This document shows, in pieces, positions 19,473-30,454 of a DNA stretch of 64,000 nt (within the stretch, counting starts at the first letter, position 1; each line of letters begins with the position of its first letter). The notes under the pieces are model-generated. The model worked only from the letters and a program-made list of their open reading frames with translations, was not told the DNA's origin and did not search any database. Source of the stretch: Candidatus Marinacidobacterales bacterium (GTDB lineage Bacteria > Acidobacteriota > Vicinamibacteria > Marinacidobacterales > DATDRI01). Made by a program: the position numbers and the translations under genes. The stretch spans positions 1,024,001 to 1,088,000 of the forward strand of contig CBDCNP010000002.1 of the NCBI GenBank assembly GCA_965219415.1. Direction: 5' to 3'.

Positions 19473-21075
19473 TGCGAAGGCGCTGTATTCAGTTCTATTC
19501 CTAGCAGTCGTACTGATTGCGATCGCATTTAGGGTCCCCTCTTTGAAGCGGCGCCCGATGCATACCGATGAAGCAGTACATGCCGTCAAGTTCGGCATGT
19601 TGTTGGAAGACGGTTTCTACCGGTATGACCGCACCGACTACCACGGTCCGACCCTGAACTATTTCACGTTCATTCCGGCGTGGCTTACGTCCGCCGAGCG
19701 GCTGACCGACGTCGACGAACAGATAGTACGGATCGTTCCCGTTGTCTTCGGTTTCGGACTCATACCCTTGTTTCTACTCCTACGTCAGGGCCTGGGTCGA
19801 GACGCGGCGGTCGCGGCAGCGTTCTTCACCGCCGTTTCTCCAGCGATGGTGTTCTATAGCCGGTACTACATCCAGGAAATGCTACTGGTCTTCTTCACGT
19901 TCGCGGTATTGGTTTCCGGCTACCGCTATCTAAGAAGCGGGCACGTTGGGTGGGCGGTCGCTACCGGAATCTCTCTCGGGTTGATGCATGCGACGAAAGA
20001 GACCGCGGTCATTGTGACGGGCGCCATGTTACTCGCTCTCCTGCTCACCCTGTTGACGAGCGGAGACGCGTCGGCGCCCCGTCAGGCGCCGTCCACAGGG
20101 ATCCTTCTTCGGCACGCCTCGATCATGCTTGCCGCGACGGTTTTGGTCTCGGCTCTCTTCTACTCCTCCTTCCTCACCAACTCGAACGGTATCGCGGATT
20201 CCTATTCCACATACGCCAGCTATGTCGACCGAGCTAGTCAGCATGAACGGCACATTCACCCTTGGTACTACTACGTTGGGATGCTCTTTTACTTCAAAGT
20301 GGCTTCCGGGCCGGTGTGGACCGAGGCAATGATCCCCTTATTTGCAGTCCTTGGAATGTTTGCGGCAGTGACGAAAAGAGGGGTACCCGGTGTTGACATC
20401 GCCCTGCTCCGCTTCATTTCCTTCTATGCAGTAATATCGCTCGTCGCCTATTCGGCGATTCCTTACAAAACTCCCTGGAATATACTGGTGGCGTTGCACG
20501 GTCTAATCCTTCTTGCGGGCGTCGGTGTGGCTACAGCATTCCGCTTGCCCTCACGACGGTTCGCGAGACTTGTGGTGGTCCTGTTGCTAGTCGCCGGTGG
20601 CGCCCACCTGGCCCGACAGTCCTACTTGTCCAACTATGAGTACTACGCCGACCCGGGAAATCCGTATGTCTACGCCCATCCCACCGAGGATGTCCTACGG
20701 ATTGCTAGGCGGATCCAAAGCGTGGCGGAATCTCACCCGGACGGAAGCAACATGATGATCGAAGTGATTACTCCGGAGCACGAGTACTGGCCCCTGCCGT
20801 GGTATTTGAGGTCCTATCCGAACACCGGATGGTGGAGTGAGGCTAGCATGGAGGTGCCGGCGGCACCGCTTATCATAGCGTCTGCGAGTGTCGAGCCGGA
20901 CGTCCTGACGAAACTCTATGAGCTCCCGCCAGCCGGTCAACGGCACCTTTATGTGCCGCTCTTCGAGTCCTATACTGAATTGCGTCCGACGGTAGAAGTC
21001 CGCGGGTACGTTATCAAAGAGCTCTGGGACAGATATCAGCGGAATCGGCCACCCCAATCGGAAGGGCTCAACTGA
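19444..21075 (+). CDS. TIGR03663/Agl23-like GT-C (PMT-like) membrane protein
   Basis: RPMHTDEAVH, YRYD..DYHGP.L.Y, SPAMVFYSRYYIQE, ATKET, YKTPW and YWPLPWYLR. Confidence 0.82.
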   Translation: MGSTVFPPNNAKALYSVLFLAVVLIAIAFRVPSLKRRPMHTDEAVHAVKFGMLLEDGFYRYDRTDYHGPTLNYFTFIPAWLTSAERLTDVDEQIVRIVPVVFGFGLIPLFLLLRQGLGRDAAVAAAFFTAVSPAMVFYSRYYIQEMLLVFFTFAVLVSGYRYLRSGHVGWAVATGISLGLMHATKETAVIVTGAMLLALLLTLLTSGDASAPRQAPSTGILLRHASIMLAATVLVSALFYSSFLTNSNGIADSYSTYASYVDRASQHERHIHPWYYYVGMLFYFKVASGPVWTEAMIPLFAVLGMFAAVTKRGVPGVDIALLRFISFYAVISLVAYSAIPYKTPWNILVALHGLILLAGVGVATAFRLPSRRFARLVVVLLLVAGGAHLARQSYLSNYEYYADPGNPYVYAHPTEDVLRIARRIQSVAESHPDGSNMMIEVITPEHEYWPLPWYLRSYPNTGWWSEASMEVPAAPLIIASASVEPDVLTKLYELPPAGQRHLYVPLFESYTELRPTVEVRGYVIKELWDRYQRNRPPQSEGLN

Positions 21076-21971
21076 TGATGTCGGTGAAGCCGCAAAACGC
21101 CATGACGTTTTCCCATCCGGCGATGGCGACGGACTTCGAGATCGTGGTGATCCACGAGGACGCCCGCTATACGGAACAGTGTGTCTTCGAGGCGTTCCGT
21201 GAGCTCGACAAAGTCGAGCAGAACTTGAGCCGGTTCATCGCAAACAGTGATATCTCTCGCATCAACAGTTCCGGCGTGGACCAGCGGGTGCTTGTGGGGT
21301 TGGATGCGTTCGAATCCCTGGAACAATGTGCGCGTTTGAGCGAGGATACCAAGGGAGCGTTCGACGTCACGGTCGGCCCGCTGTTGGAGTACTGGAGTCG
21401 ACATGCCTCGCCGGGCGAAGAGCTCTCGCGCATTCACAAGAGGACCGGGACGCACCTTGTGCACTTGGACCGGGCGCAACACACAGTGACGTTGCGATCG
21501 GAAGGGATGAGCATCGACCTGGGGGGTTATGGAAAGGGATACGCCGTGGATCGCATGGCCGAGGTTTTGGAGGAATGGGAGATCGGTTGTGCGCTGATTC
21601 ACGGCGGACAAAGCTCGATCTTGGCCCTCGGTGGTCCGCCCGGGGAAGAGGGCTGGGAAGCAACGCTACGACATCCATCGAGCGACGCCCGTGGCATCGA
21701 ACGCGTATTGCTACAGCACCAGGCCATCAGCAGCTCCGGACTCCGCAAGGGGCGCCATATCATCGATCCACGAACGGCATATCCGGTGACCGAGACTCAG
21801 GCAGCGTGGGCGATGACTTCGACGGCCGCCGAGGGCGACGCCCTCTCGACGGCGTTCATGATCATGTCCCCAGAAGAGATTCATCACTATTGTGAGAACC
21901 ATCGCGATAGAAAGGCCATAGTCATTCGCAAAGAAGCTCTGGATGCAGAGAATGTACTTCGGTTTGGTTAA
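21075..21971 (+). CDS. apbE: FAD:protein FMN transferase (ApbE family), no obvious signal peptide
   Basis: AMAT.F, LSRF..SDISRIN, GAFDVTVGPL, IDLGG.GKGYAVD, HIIDPRT.YP and DALSTA. Confidence 0.9.
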   Translation: MMSVKPQNAMTFSHPAMATDFEIVVIHEDARYTEQCVFEAFRELDKVEQNLSRFIANSDISRINSSGVDQRVLVGLDAFESLEQCARLSEDTKGAFDVTVGPLLEYWSRHASPGEELSRIHKRTGTHLVHLDRAQHTVTLRSEGMSIDLGGYGKGYAVDRMAEVLEEWEIGCALIHGGQSSILALGGPPGEEGWEATLRHPSSDARGIERVLLQHQAISSSGLRKGRHIIDPRTAYPVTETQAAWAMTSTAAEGDALSTAFMIMSPEEIHHYCENHRDRKAIVIRKEALDAENVLRFG

Positions 21972-21990
21972 CTCAAATGAAATCACCGGG

Positions 21991-22110
21991 AATATTGCCG
22001 TCGCCACCGCGAAAACCGGCAACGATATCTACGGGGAGAAGCCATTTTCACACAGCCTGTTGGAAGGCCGTGCCATGCGCGATGCCATCGAACGGTGTGA
22101 CCGTATCTGA
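21991..22110 (+). pseudogene. Short relic of another Gfo/Idh/MocA oxidoreductase
   Basis: Translates as NIAVATAKTGNDIYGEKPFSHSLLEGRAMRDAIERCDRI*, the G-K-D-I-Y-x-E-K-P segment. No start codon. Confidence 0.65.
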
Positions 22111-22265
22111 CCCACCCTCCGACCACCAAGCAGCAAAACGATCACCACTTTTCTCGCCCTCGCGCTTCCTGCCTCAACTGAAGAGCCTTTTTCGGTTTCC
22201 TTTCTTTTGTCATGAGCGCAGCGGGCGGTTTTCTTAGACCATTTTTTCGAACCGGGAGAAATCGG

Positions 22266-23630
22266 ATGTGGAGGACCTTGAACCGACTGGCGCTATTGTT
22301 GTCTTTTCTTTTCGTGAACGGAGTCGGTGCGGGCGGCCTCGGAGCGTCGTCCTACTACTACAGTCAGTCAGTGCCCTCCCCGACTTTTCTCTCGTACACT
22401 TCGGGCGTTCCAGCAGAACAGACGACTCCCCTCCTAGGGCGAACAGAGCTGGAGCTTGACGAGCTTCGTCGAGAAGTTCTGCGGCGAAGCCCGACTTTGG
22501 CAGCGATGGAAAGTGCCTGCCGGGCTGCGAGTTCCCGCTACCCGCAAGTGACCGCGCTCGATGATCCCGTGTTCTCTTATGGCCTTGCTCCCGCCACCAT
22601 CGGAGTGAACCATCTTGACCTCGAGCAACGGTTTGAGCTATCGCAGACCTTTCCCTGGCCTGGAAAGCTCGACCTACAGGGCGAGGCGGCGCAAAGCGAG
22701 GCACAGGCCGTCAGTCACGATACCGAGGCCGCGCGCCTACAGCTAATCCAAGCAACCGAGCAGGCATTCTACGAATACTACTTCGTTCACCGTGCCATCG
22801 ACATCAACGGCGCTAACCAGGAGTTGCTCCTAGAGCTCAAGCGCATTACACAAATGCGCTATGGGGCGGGGCTGGTCCCGAAGCAGGACGCCCTCCAAGC
22901 AGAAGTTGAGCACCAGAACCTTATCCATCACGGGATTGTCTTGGAGCGGAGGCGTGCCGTCACCGCGGCGCGATTAAATACCTTGCTTAACGTCCCTCCG
23001 CAGACCTTCCTTCCGCCACCCCCCAACATACTCGCGGGCGTCGTTCCTCTCTCGTCCCGTGAGTCCTTGTACGCAGCCGCACTAAGAAACCGGCCGGAAC
23101 TTCATGCCCTGACGGCAAGAGTCCAGGCGCGTACCGCGGCCATCGAGCTGACCCGGCGTGAGTACTACCCTAACCTGACCATCTCAGGAGGCTACAACAG
23201 CTTCTGGCAGGAGGAAAAACTGCGGCCGTTTGTCGGAGTAGGCATCAACGTTCCCCTCCAGTTGGACCGTCGAAAGGCTGCTCTCAGTGAGGCTCGGGCC
23301 AGGGAGCAGCAGACAAAGTCCCGCCATGAAGTCCAGCGGGCCGAGATCCTATTTGAAGTAAGCAGTGCCATTGACGAGGTTCGGGAGAGTGCACATGTGG
23401 TACGCCTCTACGCTTCCTCCATCGTGCCGGCGGCTGAGGATAATCTCGCGGCGGCGCAATCGGGCTACGAAACCAGCACTAATGATTTTTTAACTCTGAT
23501 CACGGCAGAGAAAACGCTCATGCTCGCTAGGCTTAGCTACCACCAGGCCCTTGCCGAGTACCATAAAGGCCTAGCCCACCTCAAGGGAGCCGTGGGGCTC
23601 GCCCTGAATGCCGTGGAGGATTTGCCATGA
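22266..23630 (+). CDS. TolC-family outer-membrane efflux protein (CusC-like)
   Basis: LSQTFPWPGKL, YYPNLTI, and repeated helical OEP halves. Overlaps the adaptor gene (ATGA). Confidence 0.88.
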   Translation: MWRTLNRLALLLSFLFVNGVGAGGLGASSYYYSQSVPSPTFLSYTSGVPAEQTTPLLGRTELELDELRREVLRRSPTLAAMESACRAASSRYPQVTALDDPVFSYGLAPATIGVNHLDLEQRFELSQTFPWPGKLDLQGEAAQSEAQAVSHDTEAARLQLIQATEQAFYEYYFVHRAIDINGANQELLLELKRITQMRYGAGLVPKQDALQAEVEHQNLIHHGIVLERRRAVTAARLNTLLNVPPQTFLPPPPNILAGVVPLSSRESLYAAALRNRPELHALTARVQARTAAIELTRREYYPNLTISGGYNSFWQEEKLRPFVGVGINVPLQLDRRKAALSEARAREQQTKSRHEVQRAEILFEVSSAIDEVRESAHVVRLYASSIVPAAEDNLAAAQSGYETSTNDFLTLITAEKTLMLARLSYHQALAEYHKGLAHLKGAVGLALNAVEDLP

Positions 23631-25006
23631 AAGAGATACGAGGTCGTACGGTTGCCCTCGGTGCTGCTGCTCTGCTCGTTCTTGGTGCCGGGTGGCTCTG
23701 GCGCGCGGAGCTTGGCCGCTGGTTGGGCTTGACCGGTACGGGATCCCTCGAGGCCGACCGCACGAACACTGGCGATGTGGACGGTGTGGACGGCATTGAA
23801 TACACGTGTTCGATGCACCCGTCCGTTCGCTTGCGCGAACCCGGTGTTTGTCCGATCTGCTCCATGGATTTCGTCCCGGTTATACAGGAGCACGCCCACA
23901 CCCTGGACACTGGTGTCCCAGAGGGCATCGAGTACTACAGCTGTTCGATGCACCCGTCCGTTCGCTCGACCGACCCCGGTACTTGCCCGATCTGCTCCAT
24001 GGATCTCGTCCCGGTTACGCGTGAGGAGGTCGAGACTGGGACGGTCGTGGTCGATGTCGGGCGGCGGCAGTTGATCGGCGTGAAGACCGCTCCGGTTGTA
24101 CGGAGAGATCTTGTCCTGGACATTCGCGCTGTCGGGTCGGTCACCTACGCCGAGAACCGCCTCACCGATATCACGCTAAGGTTTAGTGGCTGGGTAGGTA
24201 AGGTCCTGGCCGACTACACGGGTATCATGGTCCAAAAGGATCATCCCCTCTTTACAATTTACAGTCCCGAGCTGCTGTCGGCGCAAGAAGAGTTTCTGGA
24301 GGAGAGCAGGCGGAGAGATCAGGGGAGGGATCATACCTTGCGTGAGGCTGCCCGTCGCCGCCTACGGCTGTGGAACTTCACCGATCGCCAGATCGCCGAG
24401 CTCGAGGAAAGGGGGGAAGCGGCTGAATATGTTCCTATTCTTTCGCCCGTCAACGGAACGGTTATCGAAAAGCATGTGGTTGATGGAAGCGCCGTCGAGC
24501 CGGGAATGCTGCTCTATCGGATCGCCGATCTCTCCACCGTTTGGGTCGCAGCCGACATTTACGAGGCCGACATTCCCCTGGTCCGAGTTGGTCAAGCAGC
24601 GCACATAAGTCTGTCGTACCTTCCGGGGGAAACGTTTTCGGGCAGAGTCTCTTACGTCTACCCCTACCTCGAAGAGGCGAGCCGCACCGCGAGGATTCGT
24701 ATAGAGGTCCCTAACTCCTCCGGCGCGCTGAAGCCCGACATGTACGTCAATGTGGAGCTGCAGATCCCGCAGGGGGAACATCTCATGGTGCCCGAAGGGG
24801 CCGTGCTCATGTCCGGGAAGACAAATCTGGTCTTTATCGACCGGGGCGAAGGACGCCTGCAACCGCAAAAAGTCACGCTCGGAAGAAAAGGTTCGGACGG
24901 GTTCGTGGTCCTCGACGGCTTGCGTGAGGGGGACATCGTGGTGACCTCGGGAAACTTCCTCATTGCGGCCGAGAGCAAGCTCAAGGCAGGGATTGACAAA
25001 TGGTAA
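23627..25006 (+). CDS. cusB: CusB-like RND periplasmic adaptor with two heavy-metal-binding (CxMHP...CPICxM) domains
   Basis: YTCSMHP..PG.CPICSMD occurs twice; IYSPEL..AQEE, IADLS.VWV and LKPDMY. Confidence 0.85.
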   Translation: MKEIRGRTVALGAAALLVLGAGWLWRAELGRWLGLTGTGSLEADRTNTGDVDGVDGIEYTCSMHPSVRLREPGVCPICSMDFVPVIQEHAHTLDTGVPEGIEYYSCSMHPSVRSTDPGTCPICSMDLVPVTREEVETGTVVVDVGRRQLIGVKTAPVVRRDLVLDIRAVGSVTYAENRLTDITLRFSGWVGKVLADYTGIMVQKDHPLFTIYSPELLSAQEEFLEESRRRDQGRDHTLREAARRRLRLWNFTDRQIAELEERGEAAEYVPILSPVNGTVIEKHVVDGSAVEPGMLLYRIADLSTVWVAADIYEADIPLVRVGQAAHISLSYLPGETFSGRVSYVYPYLEEASRTARIRIEVPNSSGALKPDMYVNVELQIPQGEHLMVPEGAVLMSGKTNLVFIDRGEGRLQPQKVTLGRKGSDGFVVLDGLREGDIVVTSGNFLIAAESKLKAGIDKW

Positions 25007-28000
25007 GCGATGCCTCTGCGCAAGGGGGTGCTATTCAGCGGCTCATCGGCGCCTCGGCGAAGAATCCGTTTCTGACGATTCTCCTAGTTGCCGTCCTGGG
25101 GCTCTGGGGTTATTACTCGCTCCGCCAGATCCCCCTCGATGCCATTCCCGATCTTTCCGACCCCCAGGTCATCGTCTTCACCGAATGGCCGGGGCGCAGC
25201 CCCGACCTCGTCGAGGATCAAATCACCTATCCTCTCTCAACGACCCTACTGGCGGCTCCGCGCGTCAAGTTCGTCCGCGGCCAATCGTTTATGGGTCTCT
25301 CCTTCATTTTCGTCATCTTCGAGGACGGTACGGATATCTATTGGGCGCGATCACGCGTACTCGAATACTTGAACAGCGCGCAGGGGAGGCTACCCGAGGG
25401 CGTCGCGCCGATCTTGGGCCCAGACGCGACCGGGGTGGGGTGGGTTTTCCAATACGCCCTAGTCGACAAGTCCGGCGGGAACGACCTCTCTGATCTGCGC
25501 ACCCTACAAGACTGGTACGTCCGCTATTGGCTGGAGAGCGTAGAGGGCGTGGCCGAGGTCGCCACGGTGGGCGGTTTCGTCAAGCAGTATCAGGTAAACC
25601 TCGACCCCAACAAGCTCCTTGCCTTCGGGGTTTCCGTAAATCAGGTCGTACGGGCCGTGCGCCGCTCAAACAATGATGTAGGGGGGCGGGTGCTAGAAAT
25701 CGCGGGGCACGAGCACTTCATCCGCGGACGCGGCTACATCCAGTCAAAGGAGGATCTGGAGAACATTCCGCTTCGAGTCAGCGGCCGTGGGGTGCCCGTC
25801 CTGCTGAGGGAGGTAGCGACGGTACAGCTTGGCCCGGACATGCGGCGGGGTCTAGCTGAGCTTAACGGTGAAGGAGAAACCGTCGGGGGTATCGTCGTGA
25901 TGCGCTACGGCGAGAATGCGCTCAAGGTCATAAATGCTGTCAAGGAGCGAATCGGCGAAATTGAACATTCGCTGCCTAGAGACGTGGAGCTTGTTATCAC
26001 CTACGATCGCTCCGAGTTTATTCTGCGGGCCATCGACACGCTTCGCAATACTCTGATCGAGGAGATGATCGTAGTGAGCCTGGTTATCTCAGTCTTTCTC
26101 CTCCATGCCCGCTCAGCGCTCGTCCCCATCATCCACCTTGCCGGTGGCTGTGCTCCTGGCTTTTATCCCGATGTTCGGGCAGAACCTCACCGCCAACATC
26201 ATGTCCCTAGGCGGCATCGCCGTGGCCATCGGCGCAATGGTCGATGCCTCCATCATCATCATCGAGAACATCCACTGTAAACTTGAAGTGTGGGAAAAGG
26301 GCGGGCGCCAGGGTGGGCGTACGGAGGTGGTGATTGGCGCCATGCAGGAGGTCGGGCCTAGCATCTTTTTTTCGCTCTTGGTTATCACGGTTTCTTTCCT
26401 ACCGGTCTTCACGTTGCAGGTAACCGAGGGTCGGCTCTTTAGTCCGCTGGCTTTCACCAAGACCTACTCCATAGGTTTTGCCGCCCTGCTGGCGGTGACA
26501 TTGACGCCGGCGCTCGCGGTGCTTTTTATCCGCGGCCGCATCCGTGGCGAGGAAGCCAACCCGCTCAACCGCTGGCTCATCCTCGCTTACACGCCGGTGG
26601 TGCGCTGGGTGGTCCGACACCGATTCCTCGTCATTGCCGTTGCGATTCTCGCGATGGTGGTGACGGTTCCCGTCTTTTTCCGCCTCGGCAGCGAGTTCAT
26701 GCCCCCGCTGAACGAAGGGACCATCCTTTACATGCCGACGGCGCTTCCCGGCATGTCCATCACCGAGGCCTCCTCGGTTCTGCAATCCATGAACCGCGAG
26801 CTGCGGAAGTTCCCCGAGGTCCAATCGGTGTTCGGCAAAATCGGACGAGCCCGCACGGCAACCGATCCCGCGCCTCTGTCAATGGTCGAAACCGTGATTG
26901 TGTTCAAACCCGAATCGGAGTGGCGGCCGGGAATGACCTGGGACGGTATCATCGCCGAGATGGACCAGACACTGCGCTACCCCGGCATGCCCAACATTTG
27001 GTGGATGCCCATACAGACACGCACCGAGATGCTTTCCACTGGTATTCGCAGCGCACTCGGTATCAAGGTATTCGGACCTGACCTCGAGACGATTGAGGAG
27101 GTCGGGGTCCAGATCGAGCGCGCCCTCCAGGAAGATCCGCGAACGAAACCTCATACCCGCAGCGCCTTTGCCGAGCGGGTGACAGGCGGTTACTTCATCG
27201 ACTTCCATATCAACCGTCCGGAAGCCGCACGCCACGGCCTGACCGTGGAGGATGTGGAAGACGTTATTATGTTGGCCATCGGCGGCACCAACATCGACGA
27301 AACCATTGAGGGCCGTGAGCGCTATCCCATCAACGTTCGCTACGCACGCGAGTTTCGTGAGGATCTCGAGACGCTCCAGCGGATCCTGATCTCGACCCCC
27401 ACGGGCGCTCGGATTCCTATTAGCCAGGTGGCAGACCTGGAGCGGACGACTGGCCCGCCGATGATTCGTAGCGAAGACGGCCAGCTTGCCGGTTTTGTCT
27501 TCGTGGATGTCGCGGGCCGTGGCATTGCCGATTACGTGACCGACGCGAAAGCGGTCGTGGCCGAGCGGATCACTTTGCCCGCCGGATACCGCCTCGAGTG
27601 GGCAGGACAGTTCCAATACTTCGAGCGGGCCAAGGCCCGGCTCAAAATTGTCCTGCCATTAACGCTCCTCATTGTCGGCTTCCTGCTCTATATGAACACG
27701 AAGTCAGTGATCGAAATGGGTATCGTGTTGCTGGCCGTGCCGCTTTCACTCATCGGCGCCGTGTGGCTCCTGTTCCTCCTCGACTATAACCTCAGTGTGG
27801 CCGTCTGGATGGGCATGATTGCATTAGGAGGACTGGATGCCGAGACAGGTATCGTGATGCTGCTCTACTTAAAGCTCGCTCACGAGAAGCGGCAGATAGA
27901 GGGCCGCTTGCGCACGAAAGCGGATCTCGAAGAGGCCATCGTCGAGGGGGCAGCTAGGCGCATTCGGCCAAAACTCATGACCGTGCTCACAACGTTCACG

Positions 28001-28159
28001 GGCCTTCTCCCACTGATGTGGAGCACCGGCACCGGCGCGGATGTAATGAGCCGCATCGCCGCGCCCATGGTCGGTGGGCTCATCAGTTCCTTTCTCTTAG
28101 AGCTCACGGTCTATCCCGCTGTCTTTGCGGTTTGGAAAGGGCGTTCGGTGACGAAATAG
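25000..28159 (+). CDS. cusA: CusA/CzcA heavy-metal RND transporter, one frameshift near 26133
   Basis: LDAIPDLSD.QVIV, DIYWARSRVLEYL, GPDATGVGW, NIMSLGGIAVAIGAMVDA, EFMPPLNEG and RIRPK.MT. Spread over ORFs 25000..26280 and 26105..28159. Confidence 0.92.
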
Positions 28160-28207
28160 AGTGCACCGAGACGACGTAAGCCGCGTTTGGGGTAAAAGGA
28201 CAACACC

Positions 28208-29041
28208 ATGAGGACGTCCCTAGAAATCGTACTGGTTTTCTCGATATTCGCGCTCCTATCCAGTTGCGCAGGGCTGGGTCAGAATGAAGCAGATGAGAGC
28301 CGTTTTGAACCCTTTCCTCTTGTCCAGACTGGCCACACCGTTATCGAACCTCCCAAAGCGGTTCATGCGTTCTACAAGAAATACATCAACGCCGATGGCA
28401 TTCTCATTGTCGGTTCCGAAAACGTAACCGATGCCGCTTTGCTCGCCGCCCGGAGCACCATCCTCCGTTTGACCAGCAAGTGCCCCGATGTTCACAAGGC
28501 GATTGTTGCGAATAACGCGAGAATCTCGATCATGGGGTTTTCTGAAACCGCATCCGATCTTCCCGAGTTTGGCCCGGGGAGCGACGGTGAGTGGGGTCTA
28601 GGACAGATGCCCGGAGACCCTACATCGCTCGTTTCTGAAAAGGGTATTAGCTACGAGGGGAACACGGAGTATATTGCCAATTTTCTCCTGCACGAGTTTG
28701 TGCACGTCGTTCACAATCTCGGCATGCCGGCAACCGACCCGGAGATCGTGGACGAAATCTACGCGGCATATCTAGACGCGGTTGAAGAGGGGCGTTTCAT
28801 GAAACCGCCGAACGCCCCCCCGGAAGACGCAAACGCTCTTGACGAATATAGGGATGACGAGTATTTCACTCACAGCGTGAACGCGTACTATGACTTGAAC
28901 GAATCACTGCCCGGGCCGTGGGTGGACATCGAAATAGGTGACTGGGGCCAACGTTCCGGCACACGCGAGGAATTGATGGCGAACGACTCAGTGATCTACG
29001 GCATTATCGAGCAGTTTTTCCCAGACTCCCTAGAAGACTAG
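28208..29041 (+). CDS. Lipoprotein with an HExxH zincin-like motif, function unknown
   Basis: LLSSC lipobox, HEFVH, and downstream DEYF. Confidence 0.65.
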   Translation: MRTSLEIVLVFSIFALLSSCAGLGQNEADESRFEPFPLVQTGHTVIEPPKAVHAFYKKYINADGILIVGSENVTDAALLAARSTILRLTSKCPDVHKAIVANNARISIMGFSETASDLPEFGPGSDGEWGLGQMPGDPTSLVSEKGISYEGNTEYIANFLLHEFVHVVHNLGMPATDPEIVDEIYAAYLDAVEEGRFMKPPNAPPEDANALDEYRDDEYFTHSVNAYYDLNESLPGPWVDIEIGDWGQRSGTREELMANDSVIYGIIEQFFPDSLED

Positions 29042-29049
29042 CAGGACTC

Positions 29050-30347
29050 TTAGCGGCTCTCGCCCGTCCATTCCTGGACGCTCGAGATGTCCGGCACTCC
29101 CCACTCGGCGCCGCTCCATCCGTTGAATCCATCCATACGAAAGGCCCAGAACCCCGTTGTCATATCACTGATGACGATCAGTCCGTCGGCGTTGCGGATG
29201 TCGACTCCGAAGGCTCCGTTGTCGGTGGGATAGACCCTCTTCTCCGTGTTCAAGGGGCCCACGTAGGTGTCGTAGCAGGCGACCGTCAGAGGTAGCCGGA
29301 AACGACAACATATGGCCAGCGGATCTCGTGGTTGTGGACAAGATGGCGCCAGTCGGCGGTCCAGGCCGAGATCGGTACCGAGATGTTCTGCACGTCGCCT
29401 TCGAGCCCCGGCTGCAGATCGAAGATGCGCAGCGGTGCATACCGGTACTCGGTCTCAGCGACCACATAACGACCGTCAGGCGTGGCGGTAAAAGTGTGGC
29501 CGTCCTTGACGCCCTCGATCCCGGTGAGTGCGACGATTAGCTCCGGGTTTTGTGGGTCACTGATGTTGTAGACGTAGTACCCGCCGCTTCCCGCGCCGTA
29601 GAAACGGTCCTCGCCGCTATTGATGTCGTAAGCAACGTACATGTCGTGATAGCTACTCCATGCGTTCGTCCTCGGCCTCGCCGGGACGGTACCGACCAGA
29701 GCCTTGCTCGGCTGGTTCTCGACGACATGCCCGAGGTCGTAGACGTTGACGTCGGCTCCCTCGGTGGTAGCGAACAACAGGACTTTGCCGTTGGCATGCG
29801 CGTAAATGAAGATGTTGTGAAAGCCGCTTGGCTGCTCCGGCGCCTGTATGCGCGCCACCTCTCGCACCGTGGCCGGATCCGGTAGGCCGGTGATGTCGAG
29901 GACGACCGCTCCGAGCGCATTGTTCGGGCCGCCTTGGTCGAACTGCAAGGACTGGACCAGGTAGTAGCGGTTGTTCCATTTGAAGTACTTGACGTCCATG
30001 CCGCCGGTACCCAGGTGCAGGTCTTGATTCTCGATGCGCCAGCGGTAGATCACCCGGGGGTTTTCCAGGTCCTCGATGCTGATGATGTCGGTGCCCTTTT
30101 CCCCCTCGCTGCCGTAGACCATACGCGCCACGTAGACGAACGGTCGATGCATCTCCTGTTCGATCTCGATGTCGGAAACGCTCAACCGCGGCCCCAGCGG
30201 CAGATGCGCTACGACCTCGATGTTGTCGCTACCGGGCTCGTGCGCCGTCCACGTTTGAGTGGTCGCGTCCGAACCGTTCGGCTGTGTCACGGCCAGCAAG
30301 AAGGAGCAACAAGCTATCCATAGGAAGCGGCGATCCGTCATCTGCAC
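29050..30347 (-). CDS. Secreted LVIVD-repeat-like beta-propeller protein, frameshifted near 29280-29290
   Basis: Signal peptide, [33 protein letters not shown], and C-terminal [23 protein letters not shown]. Confidence 0.7.
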
Positions 30348-30454
30348 CTCTCGACGTACACTCTATTCAAATCAGCCAAGCGAGTCCATCGAGGACGCCG
30401 CAGCGAGCCTTGACTCCAGCAGGGCCGGCTGGCAGCATACGCGCCGGAGGACCC

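Noticed and set aside
23790-24020. CRISPR-like direct repeats
   Set aside because: Only two copies, in frame, encoding metal-binding domains; no spacer array or cas genes.
26105-26280. Programmed frameshift in cusA
   Set aside because: A single extra C (ATCATCCACC) with no slippery heptamer; similar indels occur throughout the window.
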